A stretch of DNA of 63,955 nucleotides, the filler included, from Collodictyon triciliatum (taxonomy: Eukaryota), in the NCBI GenBank assembly GCA_043381765.1. It is 6 parts of 6 records of this genome, joined end to end, with 100 filler letters (N's around TTAATTAATTAA, not from the genome) between each part and the next. Parts side by side here need not be neighbours in the genome. Positions count along the whole stretch, not along the records: positions 46,963 to 55,590 come from JBHJMP010000737.1; positions 55,691 to 60,133 come from JBHJMP010000738.1; positions 60,234 to 63,955 come from JBHJMP010000818.1; 3 more parts are not named here. One strand, 5' to 3'. Shown here one piece after another: positions 47,126-60,586 of the stretch (positions are counted from its first letter, which is position 1; each line of letters starts with the position of its first letter). Under the pieces are notes generated by a model. That model was not told the origin of the DNA, ran no database searches, and saw nothing but the letters and a program-made list of their open reading frames with translations. The translations under genes and the position numbers were made by a program.

Positions 47126-48586
47126 TTCTTGAAGCTTCATATCCAATTCAGTACGCTGAATATTAAGCATGATTTTAACTAACTGCAAGCGGTCTTCATC
47201 GGTTGCTCGAGCTGTCTCTTTCTTTCGATTCAATTCCTGTTTTGAAAGAAACAATATTTAAGGCATTCTGCGAGTAAAAATTAGTGATGTGGAATTTATG
47301 GGGACCTCTTCTCTCATAATGTTGGCGATTTCTATTCTCTCGGCGCGTTTGCAAGAGTTCTCAAATATTCGCTCCCTCTTCTGTGCTTCTAGATTACGCC
47401 TTCTTTCTTCGACAGCAGCCTTGTGTATTCGAGTTATTGGTAAAAGAAAAGAAATGGTTTATTCTTTTTGTTTTTGTTTTGGGTTTTTTGACATAATATT
47501 TATTCAGAAAAAAGTACAGAATAAATGGAAAACAAAAGTCATGCACATTTTTACTATCTGTAGATAGTGTGAAGACATACAAGTCGCGCTTCGTTTTCCT
47601 CATGTTTTCTACGTTGCAGTTCCAATCTCTGCTCGTTAACATGGGAAACTCTCCGTTCAGTATCATAAGATTTCACTTTGAGGTCATGGACTTTTGCCTC
47701 TAGTGATGTACATAAGCATGTTCATGAATATATATTTCAGTCTATGAGATATTGGATACACCAGATATATGTAAACCATGTGAAGTATATTAAGGGAAAA
47801 TGGGGGAGTCTTGTATTTGGTCCATAAGGGCGAAAAATCATTATCTAAAACAAAAGAGAGAAAAAGTATGAGTGTTGCTCGTTTACCATACAATAGCGAC
47901 CCTTCGACCTTTTTTAACAACCTTTGCTGTACTTTTCTAATCTCTTCCTACCAATTAAAATTTCCTTATTTTTAGAAATAAAATGATGTAAATAATGATA
48001 AAGAATAGGACATGATTACCGTCGTTTCTTTGTCTTTGTTAATGTTTTGAGTGCTGTTAAATTGAGCAGGTGGTTTGATTGAATCAGACGAAACCATAGT
48101 GTGATACTCATCCAGAGCAAGAGTCAAGCGTTCTATAACAAAATTTTACTTATGTAATCCCGATATCAAAATGATGATGGCATACAAGCAAATAAATCCT
48201 GAAGAAACCTTGTCTTTTCCGTTCATAATGAGCAAATAACTGCCTTTGGGTTTCGAGGTCTTGTCCTTGTTTTCGAAAACTATCAAAGTTACTAGATACA
48301 AGGAAAAATCATTTACCAGAGTAAAATTTAGAATTAACTGATAATTTTAAGTGAAAAACTGCATACATACATACATACATACATACATACATACATACAT
48401 ACATACATACATACATACATACATACATACATACATACATACATACATACATACATACNNNNNNNNNNNNNNNNNNNNNNNNNNNNNNNNNNNNNNNNNN
48501 NNNNNNNNNNNNNNNNNNNNNNNNNNNNNNNNNNNNNNNNNNNNNNNNNNNNNNNNNNTTTTTATTTATTTTAAAAAATAAAAAAA

Positions 48587-48626
<40 letters not shown>

Positions 48627-48779
48627 AGCCCATTTAAGATTTCGACAATTCACTGACCGCATGACAAGATCCTTTGGGCGAAGGCCGATTTTCCCTAGGG
48701 TGGCAACGGATCGCGGCGTGTTTGGTGCGTGCTGCTGCGCTGTCTGCAAAAACTCTCCGAGAGAGACCGTTCGCGACAT
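47126..48779 (-). CDS. Coiled-coil protein with CCDC177/CCDC185-like N-terminal motif; 3' partial
   Basis: MSRTVSLGEFL...TPRSVATLGKIGLRPKDL...LFAHYERKRQERL resembles CCDC177 SPRSLEAC...VKPVEL...YEAYEAERRAKL; later exons are E/K/R-rich. Confidence 0.55.
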
Positions 48780-49776
48780 CCCAAAACAACCCTGCAAACA
48801 AGCGCAACACCGTTACTGCCACAAAGGCAAAGATCACGATTCGACCGCACTGTTTTACACACAAGCCGGGAGTAAAAATAAATTCCGCATTAGAATTCCC
48901 TGGCGGATAGACAAAACCACTATTCAGTATAATATCCCATATATGTATATGTTTTGTGGCTCCCACATTGCCACGATTTTCATTGAATTGCACCAAAAGT
49001 GGATTTCCAGTGTGGTCTTCGTTGCAGTGAATCCACAGTGCTTGGCGCTGCGCGTCGCGTTGATCAGACTGGCGATAGCAATGGTAACAATGGACTATGA
49101 GGGAGTGGCCTGAAAGAGAGGCTGCACAAAGNNNNNNNNNNNNNNNNNNNNNNNNNNNNNNNNNNNNNNNNNNNNNNNNNNNNNNNNNNNNNNNNNNNNN
49201 NNNNNNNNNNNNNNNNNNNNNNNNNNNNNNNNNNNNNNNNNNNNNNNNNNNNNNNNNNNNNNNNNNNNNNNNNNNNNNNNNNNNNNNNNNNNNNNNNNNN
49301 NNNNNNNNNNNNNNNNNNNNNNNNNNNNNNNNNNNNNNNNNNNNNNNNNNNNNNNNNNNNNNNNNNNNNNNNNNNNNNNNNNNNNNNNNNNNNNNNNNNN
49401 NNNNNNNNNNNNNNNNNNNNNNNNNNNNNNNNNNNNNNNNNNNNNNNNNNNNNNNNNNNNNNNNNNNNNNNNNNNNNNNNNNNNNNNNNNNNNNNNNNNN
49501 NNNNNNNNNNNNNNNNNNNNNNNNNNNNNNNNNNNNNNNNNNNNNNNNNNNNNNNNNNNNNNNNNNNNNNNNNNNNNNNNNNNNNNNNNNNNNNNNNNNN
49601 NNNNNNNNNNNNNNNNNNNNNNNNNNNNNNNNNNNNNNNNNNNNNNNNNNNNNNNNNNNNNNNNNNNNNAAAAAAAAAAAAAAACATATGCATATGAAGC
49701 TTGTGCAATCATATGTTGACTTAAAAAGATACGCTGCTCTGTATTTTCAAAAGAGAAAAAACAGTCAGAGACTCAC

Positions 49777-52700
49777 ACTATTCTCTGAAATATTTAGAGA
49801 GTGCAAAAAAGAAAAAACATATAGCGGCTCCGGGAAATTCAAAAGCTAGTTCAGAAATTGGTTAAGTGTAATGACACGGTCGACTCAAATAAAGTTAGAA
49901 AAAAAAATACACTATCACGGTTTGCATGTAATACTTGGTGTATGAATAAAAAGTCACGTTGTTAGAGTTCAAGCAAATGGACGTGAATGGAGATTCCAAT
50001 GATGAGATAACTTCGAATAGGTGAGGTGGGATTGTGCCAAATTTTGAGCCTTCGAGATTAATATATCTTTTGGAAAAATCATACTTTTCCCAAAAAGTGA
50101 TGATGTCGAGATTAATGGGATTATTCTTAACGCTAAAGTATCGAAGTTTTTTGAGAGGGGAGATGTCAGGGACGCGAGAAACCTACATAGACATGCAGTA
50201 AAAGGCAAAAGCAAAGATCAAAATAGTGCAAACAAGGATGCTATCAAATAGAGCTAACTTTTGCAAATCAGTTTAAAACAATAAGAAAATGGAGACCAGA
50301 ATACCCTATTGTTCGTAACGTTAAACACACTCAACGTCGAAAGTCTCGAAACCTCAGTAGGGATGTCAGTAATCTGTTGTTCAAATGAAAAAAAAATTAG
50401 GTAAGTTTGACTATTGTAAACCGAATTGTGGTTTTCTCTAATCAGAGTTTTGGGTTGCTGTGAAATAATTTCAGCATCAATTTTATTAGAAAGATTCAGG
50501 TGAAAAATAGTCGGAGGTGTATTGGGACTGGCCTGATTAAAAGAAACATCGATCAAATAAGGCAACGGTAACTTGAATAAAAAAGTGGGGAACTGAAATA
50601 GATTGCATTCTCTAATGCAATAACAGCGGTTTCCAAACTCTAGAGTGCTCATCATTTTGACGATTATGGGGTCGATGGAGTTCCCTTCCATGCAGCATTT
50701 GACTAAACTAACTAGTGATTTGATATCTGGCATATCTGTGAACTGTAATACCATCACATTAATATACAAAGTCGCTATAAATAGCTATTATTGATAAAGG
50801 ACGAAACTATAGAGATTATGTAGATTGGGTGTCAATACCCTATTTTGCGACAGGTCTAAGAAAGTCAGTCCAGAGAATACTGAGAAACCTTCTGGCAGGG
50901 AATTCATCTATATGAGAGGAGAAACCAGTGTGGACAGAGTATGGATGTCAGATACTTAAAGATGTGACACGAAAGGAAAGAAAGAGAGAAGGTGTGATGA
51001 GATAACTTACGCGATTGTTGGAAAGATCCAACTCCCGCAGGGATTGTAGCCGCATCACAAAATCCGGGATGTAATTAAGTTGTCTGTGGGAAAGGCATAG
51101 CTTACTTCTATCCAGAGAAATAGGTCTAATCCATAATCCATCACTTTCAGCGATTGGATTTTGAGAAGCATCAACATAAGTCAGATTCGGGATGTCACAT
51201 ATGATAGAGGCTTCTTTAACCTAAATGGAAAGGTATAATTGGTAATTGGAACTGAAAAATGAGGAGCTGTGCTGAAATTTCCTTTAGTCTTTTTGGAATA
51301 AGATTCTTGGGGTACCATGTTCTTATCAAATTGGAACTTGCGCAGAGATGTCAACAGCGTAATTTCATTGGGTATGTATGAGATCTAAAAAGAAAGAAAT
51401 TTATGAATATCCAACAGCTCAGAAACAACATAAAAAAAAAAAAAGAAAAAGAAAAAGAAACAGCAGCATTACCATATTTGATGAAAGGACAATCTCGCAT
51501 ATTATGCTATCTTTGAAGGAGAGTTCTGGGAATGACGATATCTATAGTTGCATATTTCATGATATTCATACATCTTGTAGACATAGATGAGTCATGATTG
51601 TTTCTTATTCACTATCATCATTTATTATTAGAAAGAAAACGAGACAAGGAATAATGAAATTCCCAACGAACTTGATTTTCGCTGAGGTCAATAATTTTTA
51701 GGTGTTTGAGTCCCTCCATGGGTGGCAGCGTCGAAAGCTATTATATTTCAAGTGAATATACGTTAGCTCGGAGTGAATTCTAAACTGCTGAATGGTGCGT
51801 GTGCATAACCATGTTTAGCCGCTCTTAATATTGCTTGTTTGGGGAAAAGTGAGGCTATTCAATACATACAAGATTTCCTTTCAGATTTAAGAGCTCAAGC
51901 TTGTGAAGATTTGTGAGAGACTTTGGAATTGAAGAAATCTATCGTGAAAGTTAATGCTTTTTTTTTAATTGCAACAGAAAAAAATGGCGTTTTAGGTAAG
52001 TCATAAAAATAAAATAATCATACAACAAAAACAGAATAAAACAAAATAAAACAATTGTCAAGCGTAAATAAGCGGATACCATGTTAAATGGCAGGTCTAA
52101 TTTTAAGATATCAAGTCGCAAATGAAACTCTGGTAAAATTCTAATCTAATCATTATCCCTTAGAATACAAATTTACCATAATATAAATATATAAATGGAC
52201 AGGCAATAATTTTAGATCATAAGAGGGATTTGAAGCAGTCACTCCATGATTGTATTTGTTTCGAGATACCTTAGAGTTACGACAGGCCAACCATTCTAGC
52301 TTCCAAAGAGCAGATATTTCATTTGGTAATTCTATTATCTGATAAAAACGAATAAATGTATTGGTTTAACTAATATTTTCAGATAACCTATGGAATGTCT
52401 TAGGTTTCGTAGCTCAGACCAGTTAAAAAAGACTCAGCTTCATGAAAAGCAGAAAGAAGGACTTTACCTCGGAGTCTTCAATCACCAAAGTCATAAGGTT
52501 TGTTAGCCCTTCAATCGATGAGGGCAGCCCCGGAAACTAAGTGCGCGTACAGAATCTTCCATCAATGTTTTGATGATCATTTCTATAGTATGTAGATAGA
52601 CATAGAGATAGAGATAGAGATAGAGATAGAGATAGAGATAGAGATAGAGATAGAGATAGAGATAGAGATAGAGATAGAGATAGAGATAGAGATAGAGATA

Positions 52701-55310
52701 GACATAGAGATAGAGATAGAGATAGACATAGACATAGACATAGAGATAGAGATAGACATAGACATAGACATAGAGATAGAGATAGAGATAGAGATAGAGA
52801 TAGAGATAGACATAGAGATAGAGATAGAGATAGAGATAGAGATAGAGATAGAGATAGACATAGAGATAGAGATAGAGATAGACATAGACATAGACATAGA
52901 GATAGAGATAGACATAGACATAGAGATAGAGATAGAGATAGAGATAGAGATAGAGATAGACATAGAGATAGACATAGAGATAGACATAGAGATAGAGATA
53001 GAGATAGAGATAGAGATAAAAGCATGTCCGAACACATCAAACCTTGCACTTTGTAATCCAAATACCAGACAACAAGTTAAGTTCACCCAGGCAAGGAGGT
53101 AGAAGCCTCTCTTGTCGATTATTGAACCATATATTTCGACCAAGTCTCAGCTGCTTCATGCTAAAGTAATAGCGACTACCAAACGGAGAATCCATGGGTG
53201 CAAGTTGCAGCAAAGCCAGCCAACCAGAGTCATCAGAGACATCCATTGCGGTTGCGGCCGATTCCGACATGAAGTCCACAAGTATTCTCTGCGGTTGATG
53301 CACAGTTCTCCGAGCTGAAAAGAAAGAAAAAAAGAAAGAAAAAAGAAAGAAAAAAGAAAGAAAGAAAAAAGAAAGAAAGAAAAAAGAAAGAAAAAAGAAA
53401 GAAAAAAGAAAGAAAAAAGAAAGAAAAAAGAAAGAAAGAAAAAAGAAAGAAAGAAAAAAGAAAGAAAGAAAAAAGAAAGAAAGAAAGAAAGAAAAAAGAA
53501 AGAAAGAAAAAAGAAAGAAAGAAAGAAAGAAAGAAAGAAAAAAGAAAGAAAGAAAAAAGAAAGAAAAAAGAAAGAAAAAAGAAAGAAAAAAGAAAGAAAA
53601 AAGAAAGAAAAAAGAAAGAAAAAAGAAAGAAAAAAAGAAAAAAGAAACTGGTCCAGTATGTAATACATGTGAAATGGATATGACGACAGCCATATGCAAT
53701 CACAAACAAGGGCAAATCAGTTTCCTTACAGAATGATTCTTGCATCAGGCGCGTAAAGCTGGTCCTTGAAGAAAGAAATGGTTGGAACATTCGCCAAACT
53801 TGTTTTGTTTTTACAAATTTCAGTTATTAAGAGCAGTAGTGCAGCCTTCGGGGTGCTGTCCATCATCGTATGAGGGATGTATACATGTTAGAATGGATGA
53901 TACATACTTCTGTACTAAAAACAATATGAATGATATTTCCTTTGGTGCATCGAATTACTATCAGAGCCGTTGATGATTTTTCTTTTCTTAATATTAAAGA
54001 TAATAGAAACAAAGAAACAAATAAAAAATGCAGACAGTATAACAAGGATGACCTAGAAGAAAAAGTTACGAATAACGACGTGGTCTTACTGATAAACTGG
54101 GGATTGGAGATTGACATATATGTGGAGTAGGATGCGCAGGTCTATTCGATACAATAAGTAAGTCATAATGGCATAATGGCCCTGTAAAATCATCTCATAT
54201 GTTGTATCCGCAGGAACGTCCGTAAACGAATCATCAGCTTGTCGCACTGTAGATTATATTAAAAAAATGTAAATACATAATACATAATACATAATACATA
54301 ATACATAATACATAATACATAATACATAATACATAATACATAATACATAATACATAATACATAATACATAATACATAAATACGTAAATAAAAGCGTAAAC
54401 ATTCAAAGGAGATAACCATACGTGCATGAATCCCAATTATCCCTACTACAATGTCAGCCATCTCTAATAGATTCTGCTCATTCTTTTCCTGGGAGTCCAC
54501 CAAACGATACATAGATTCGTTTAAAGCACGGAATATGCGTATAAAATGTTCTTCAGTCGAAGCCTCACCAACCTATCAAATTTAAGTACATTAACCATGA
54601 TTTTTTTTTTAACATTATAAAAAGGAGGGAAAAAAGAGAGCAAAATAATGACCATACATAAAAGTATTAAACCACATTCCATAGACATTAATGAAATTTT
54701 AGTACTGAAGAGAGAAAGAAACTATTTATGAGTATGAAACTTACAGATATTTTAACAAACAAGAGGAACCTCTCCATAATTGTGATATATGACCGACGCA
54801 CGGCTGGAGAAGCGTGATAAGGGAGTTTTGAATACAGGGCATCTCCGTACTGTCGACAACTCTTGCTCTTTTCTGGGTCACACTTCAAGAGAGAGAAGAG
54901 CCATGACTGCACATAATTTATGAGACTTAGGTCTGGTAGATAATTGTATTTTTTCTAACTATTCAATTTATTGAAATATTTAAATAAACACAGTTACTTT
55001 TCTTCAACAAAATAGAAAGAGGACTGTATATAAAATGTTTTTTTAAAAAAGAAAAAAGAAAAAAGAAAAAAGAAAAAAGAAAAAAGAAAAAAGAAAAAAG
55101 AAAAAAGAAAAAAGAAAAAGGAAAAAAGAAAAAGGAAAAAAGAAAAAAGAAAAAAGAAAAAAAAAGAAAAAAGAAAAGGAAAAACATCGATGAAAATCGT
55201 TCATACCTCGCCTTGTCTTCTATCTGATTCTGACGTCGAGCAAAGTAAGGACTTAAGTGTATTGAATTCGCCTTCTTTGTAATCCTCTGTGGTTGTCGTG
55301 TGTATATAGC
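49777..55310 (-). CDS. Leucine-rich repeat protein with uncharacterised N-terminal helical region; 5' partial, 3' end probably in the gap 49132-49669
   Basis: Successive exons encode LxxLPxxIxxLxxLxxLxLxxN repeats, e.g. ISSIPKSLTNLHKLELLNLKGN, LSTLPPMEGLKHLKIIDLSEN, IPDFVMRLQSLRELDLSNN, ITDIPTEVSRLSTLSVFNVTNN, LLNFPEPLYVFSFLHSLNISEN. Confidence 0.8.
52594..53019. repeat. Intronic hexamer array of GAGATA/GACATA variants
   Basis: Directly visible; about 70 units. Confidence 0.95.
54273..54377. repeat. Intronic heptamer (TACATAA)n
   Basis: Directly visible. Confidence 0.95.
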
Positions 55311-55439
55311 TAGATTCAAATTCCCTCTCCAGCTATTCATATACACTTATGTAAGTCACTAGTTGCTTAGATAGCGCATTTCTTAAGTAGACTTCGACAG
55401 TTGGATAAAAATAATCAACTAAGATTAAAAAAAAAAGAG

Positions 55440-55534
<95 letters not shown>

Positions 55535-55590
55535 GTAAAAAAAAAGAGTAAAAAAAAAGAGTAAAAAAAAGAGTAAAAAAAAGAGTAAAA

Positions 55591-55690
55591 NNNNNNNNNN
55601 NNNNNNNNNNNNNNNNNNNNNNNNNNNNNNNNNNTTAATTAATTAANNNNNNNNNNNNNNNNNNNNNNNNNNNNNNNNNNNNNNNNNNNN
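55591..55690. other. Artificial scaffold-joining spacer
   Basis: TTAATTAATTAA at 55635-55646 between 44-N runs. Confidence 0.97.
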
Positions 55691-55868
55691 TTTGTGTTTT
55701 GTGTTTTGTGTTTTGTGTTTTGTGTTTTGTGTCTTGTGTCTTGTGTCTTGTGTCTTGTGTCTTGTGTCTTGTGTCTTGTGTCTTGTGTCTTGTGTCTTGT
55801 GTCTTGTGTCTTGTGTTTTGTGTTTTGTGTTTTGTGTTTTGTGTTTTGTGTTTTGTGTTTTGTGTTTT
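55691..55868. repeat. Heptamer array (TTGTGTT)n-(TTGTGTC)n-(TTGTGTT)n at a scaffold start
   Basis: Directly visible. Confidence 0.95.
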
Positions 55869-56359
55869 TTTGTTTTGGTTTTGGTTCTGGCTTCCTTTCT
55901 TTCCTGATGTTTTCGTTGGGAAGGCTGATCGTGGCGTTTGTGTTTGTGCCGATGCAACGCTCTGAATGTGTTGGCTATGTTTGCTGGTTCTAATTCACAA
56001 AAATTGGTCACAACATTGGTATACTACAAATACAAATATTATATTTAGTCGATAATGTGTGATCCAGAACATCTCAAGTGCCTTGCAAATGTCATAATTT
56101 GTAGTTTCACATATATTCCGTTTTTAGATAAATTCAACGAAAATAATTTTTGCCTACAGGCCAATCAGGAAATGTGTAACAGCTATTTACAACCCTTCAC
56201 TCTGAAGATTTTGGCAACCAACCGACCGCGCCAGAGTCAGTCTGTCGCCGCAGATCCACTCCCTGTTTTTTTCAATCAATCAATCAATCAATAAATCATT
56301 CATTCATTCTTTTTTTCTTCTTCTTAAAAATAAATAGACAGTTCACGAAGGGCCGCGCG

Positions 56360-59300
56360 ATGTCCGACGACGCAAATGTCTGCTTCAACTGCGGCGAATC
56401 GGGCCACTGGGCGGTTCATTGCCCCCACCCAAAAAAAGAGGGTGCCAGTCCTTCGGGTCCTTTGATTGCGCCTCTGCCGCGCACCATTCTCGGTTTGTTT
56501 GCTGGCTCAAAGTCGGCTTATTGCCCTATCGCCAACTCGCATTTCTAGTCATGATTTTTATTTTATTTTTTTGTGAATTATGCCACGCTTGTAATCTTTT
56601 CTAAATTCACATGAGTGAACTTTGAACCAAACAGAGGAGGCGAAAGCATTGTTCATGATGTGAATTGTGCCATTTTGACGTGCAATTTCACTTTGTGATG
56701 CGATGGATTAGTTGCATCTCACATATTTGGTTTTTCTCGTGTACATTCATGCGTCTTTCTGGCAACCTGGATGCATAAGCTTTTTTCTCTTTCCCTTTTT
56801 GTTTTTTCTTAAAAAAATGAAGGTACTCGCAGCCATATACAAAATACAACCTCTCCAAGAACATTGCTCCGTGGAAACTCTTCAGTGATGGTAAATGACT
56901 TTTGTTTTTCCCCTATAATTTATTTCTTGCGTTATCAGATTCATATAAATATGCTTCTTCTTACTTCTATTATTAGTAACTGCTTATTTTCAACACAAAG
57001 ATCCTTAAAAAGCCTGGGGTTTTCAGTCAAAAACTGGACAATTGGACTAAAGTGAAGACTAAGATGCGTGCTTTGTCAACATTCCAGAATTCACATGGGG
57101 GATCAGAGTATCACTTGATTTCATTTGAACCCCCTTTCGAAAAAATAAAATAAAATACTTAATTCTAAAAAAATTGATAATGGAGTTACTTCATGCATAT
57201 ATGAGAAGTAGAATATTATAATTAAGATACTTTTCGTATGACTCTTTAGTATCGGAGATTCTGACCAGGATGACATCGCAAGAAGAGCAAGGAGATCGTC
57301 AATACTAGATAATTCCAATGTTAGACGTGACGCCAGGCGCTTTTCTCTATTAAAGGTTTCATGGTTCACATATATAACAAACAAAAAAATCAATACAAAT
57401 AAGAGTATTTGTTTAATCGTATCCATCACTCATGAATAGGCTGATGCACAAAGGCAAATGAATGATGACATGGCACAAGCATATCTCCGTGAAATACTAC
57501 TCAAGTCTCCTGAGGAGCGATCAACAGATGACCTTGTGAGTCTGCACTTGTGCTATCAATGAAATTACATCAAGAATATATAATTATATGTACATATATG
57601 CAACCAGATAAAACTTAACCAATTATCCCCATCCTCTGTATTCTGCGCAAATGTGACAGAATTTTCTCAAAGGAATCACCAAGAGCTTAAAGTTTTTTGA
57701 GAAGATGGGACCAGAACTTCACAACGACCTTTGCAAAGTATATCTTCATAGTAAAAAAAAAAAAGCATTATGCATTTCTGGAAAAAAATTACTATCTGAA
57801 ATATGGTATACAGACCGGTGTGCATTTAGCTCCTTTTTTTTTTCTTAAAATTGATATAATTTGATGGTGATGGTAGGTAATGAGGTATGATGAAGTTTCT
57901 GGAGGAGAGATTGTTTTCCTTCAAGGTTCTATCGGCAAGACATTCTACGTGATTTTGTCCGGAACAGTCACAGTGCACGTGAAGTCTACTGATGGAGAGG
58001 AGACCCCAGATGATGTCGACCAGAAGCTCGAAAGCGATGGGTCGAAGGTATCATTTCTTAATTTTTTTCCATCTTTCGTTCTTAGCTTTAATGTCCTTCT
58101 TTTCTTCTCTATTTTTTCGTTTTATTCATTATAGTGATGCATTAATTGATAATTCGATTCATTACATATAACTTAAAGTCTTCTTTCTTACTGGCGAGCA
58201 AAAGTTTGAAACGCCAAAAAAATATACAGACTTTGAATGTTTCTTTATCTTTTTCTTTTTCTTTTTCTTTTTCTTTTTCTTTTTCTTTTTCTTTTTCTTT
58301 TTCTTTTTCTTTTTCTTTTTCTTTTTCTTTTTCTTTTTNNNNNNNNNNNNNNNNNNNNNNNNNNNNNNNNNNNNNNNNNNNNNNNNNNNNNNNNNNNNNN
58401 NNNNNNNNNNNNNNNNNNNNNNNNNNNNNNNNNNNNNNCTCTTTTCTTTTCCTCTTTTCTTTTCCTCTTTTCTTTTCCTCTTTTCTTTTTCTTTTTCTTC
58501 TTCTTTTTCTTCTTCTTTTTCTTCTTCTTTTTCTTCTTCTTTTTCTTCTTCTTTTTCTATAGGTTATGGATATAGGAAGATATGTTGCCACAATCTACGG
58601 TGGCGAATCCTTTGGAGAACTAGCTCTTCTGAAAAGTACTGCGGCACCAAGGTACCATCTGTTAGCGATTGACAACTTATTCCTAATGTGCGTCATTATT
58701 CATGTATAACTAAGCGATATATTAATGCAGAGCCGCATCTATTCTTGCCATAGAAAACACAGAATTTCTTACGGTAGAAATAACATATAAAAATTGATTC
58801 ATGTCCTCGTACTTTAGTAACTATTATCGTCACAAAACTCATGAATTAAACAACCTAAATATTTCCCATCCGAAGAAATTAAAATATGTCGTATCATATC
58901 AGATTCACAAGACAGACTACGATAAAACTCTGAAGGTAAGCCGATTCCATTTACAATTTGACGTCATGTGCTATATTTGAATGATGTAAACGGGTTAATA
59001 TTTGTCTTACTTCATGCAGAAAATTCAAATACAAGCCCTCGAGAACAAACTACTTTTCTTAAGGTCTTATGGAATCTTCAAAAAGTGGGAAATCAAGCGA
59101 CTCACTAAATTCTCTCACTTCATGAATAGCACAGTATACAATTCGTCTGAAAGTGAGTCTATTTTTTCTAAAAATATAAAAATAAATATAGAAACAAATA
59201 TTTATTTCTACCAGTAAAACAAATATTTTGAACTCTAAAAACTCACCCAACCGTCTTGTCAGCTGTTGTTCTTCGTCAAGGTCAAATATCAGATTTTGTC

Positions 59301-60133
59301 TATTTAATATTCAAAGGGCAGTGCCGAATAGTATATAACGCTGAGGTTGGGCGCTCTGATGAGACATCCTCTGCACCGGTTTGCCCCTTATACAAATTGT
59401 TAATATGCAAGTATGCTTATCAAAGTAAACAATGACAATCGTCTTTAATTTCAAAAGGCTACTTTTCGAGAGTCATCCGCTTTTGATGAGGAGGACGAAA
59501 AGTACGAGGACGAATTTAATGAGGATGGTTACCTTGAAAACCCGACTGAGGAGGAAATGGATGAATATCTCGAACTCGAAAAGTATGAAGAATTAAGCAT
59601 GGACATCTGCAAGCCCAGATTTCGTATAGCCCTTTTGAGAAAGACGACCCATTTTGTAAGTATCACTTCATCAAATATTGATTTTTTTCTCTTTTAATGA
59701 AACCGAAAATATTCCTCACAGCCCTTAACGTCCAGATGGTTCCTAGAAAGAGAAATATGAGACTTGACCTTGCTATGCTTGGCTCTGGTGAAATGTTTGG
59801 TGAAGGAGGCGTTCTTCAAAATGCACCTCAACTGGGGACAATAATAGCAGATAATAATACAGAGCTTCTTGTTATCACAAAGACGGACTTTTTGAAACGT
59901 ACTTTCTTAACTATACGATTTTTTTCTATTTCGAAAAGCTGACTGGTTTTTTTTTCTACAACACAGCTATTATGAAGATGATAATTATAATTATAATTAT
60001 AATGACAATAAATCAAGAAAAAACAAAAACATAGGAATGGATGATACATCTAGAGCAATGGCGGAGAGTATTTGGCGAATGAAGAATGATTGGCTGCAAC
60101 AACATCTGCAGCATATCACAAAGATGAACCCTC
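56360..60133 (+). CDS. Tandem cyclic nucleotide-binding domain protein (CNBD1/2-like) with N-terminal CCHC zinc knuckle; 3' partial
   Basis: Exon 1 CFNCGESGHWAVHC; PEERSTDDL; IVFLQGSIGKTFYVILSG; FGELALLKSTAAPRAASI; second domain VLRQG...FGEGGVLQNAPQLGTI. Intron phases checked and consistent from exon 1 into CNB-A. Confidence 0.85.
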
Positions 60134-60233
60134 NNNNNNNNNNNNNNNNNNNNNNNNNNNNNNNNNNNNNNNNNNNNTTAATTAATTAANNNNNNNNNNN
60201 NNNNNNNNNNNNNNNNNNNNNNNNNNNNNNNNN
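60134..60233. other. Artificial scaffold-joining spacer
   Basis: TTAATTAATTAA at 60178-60189 between 44-N runs. Confidence 0.97.
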
Positions 60234-60586
60234 ATACATACATACATACATACATACATACATACATACATACATACATACATACATACATACATACATA
60301 CATACATACATACATACATACATACATACATACATACATACCGCATAAAAACAATCAATTTAACACCAGAAGATATGGAGCCTAACCTTTTAAAGAACTT
60401 ATTTTTACCAGAATGAATTAACGATGGCGTGGTACAAGGGATTGCAGAAGGCGCCCTAAAGCCACTTACCCAGGCAGCTTAGGGAAGACATGCCGACGGG
60501 GACATGAAATACTTTCATTCGATTTTGCAGACGAGGTTTGTCATCCCAGTAGTCACACGTCCAAGCAGGACATCGCAACAAGTCCT

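Noticed and set aside
52537-53790. SL/SI/FFLS-repeat ORFs and similar ones (CV, YVCM, poly-I/Y/N, X-runs)
   Set aside because: Translations of microsatellites or N gaps.
31339-55310. Physical immune gene cluster (MLKL-like + RING-NACHT-TPR + LRR)
   Set aside because: The three genes lie on different scaffolds separated by artificial linkers, so adjacency is not evidence of linkage.
55691-55868. Telomeric repeat at a scaffold end
   Set aside because: Not a known G-rich telomere unit, the orientation is wrong for a left end, and all scaffold ends here terminate in assorted simple repeats.
56360-56548. Retrotransposon gag from the CCHC knuckle
   Set aside because: No protease, RT, integrase or LTRs nearby, and the exon splices in phase into the CNBD gene.
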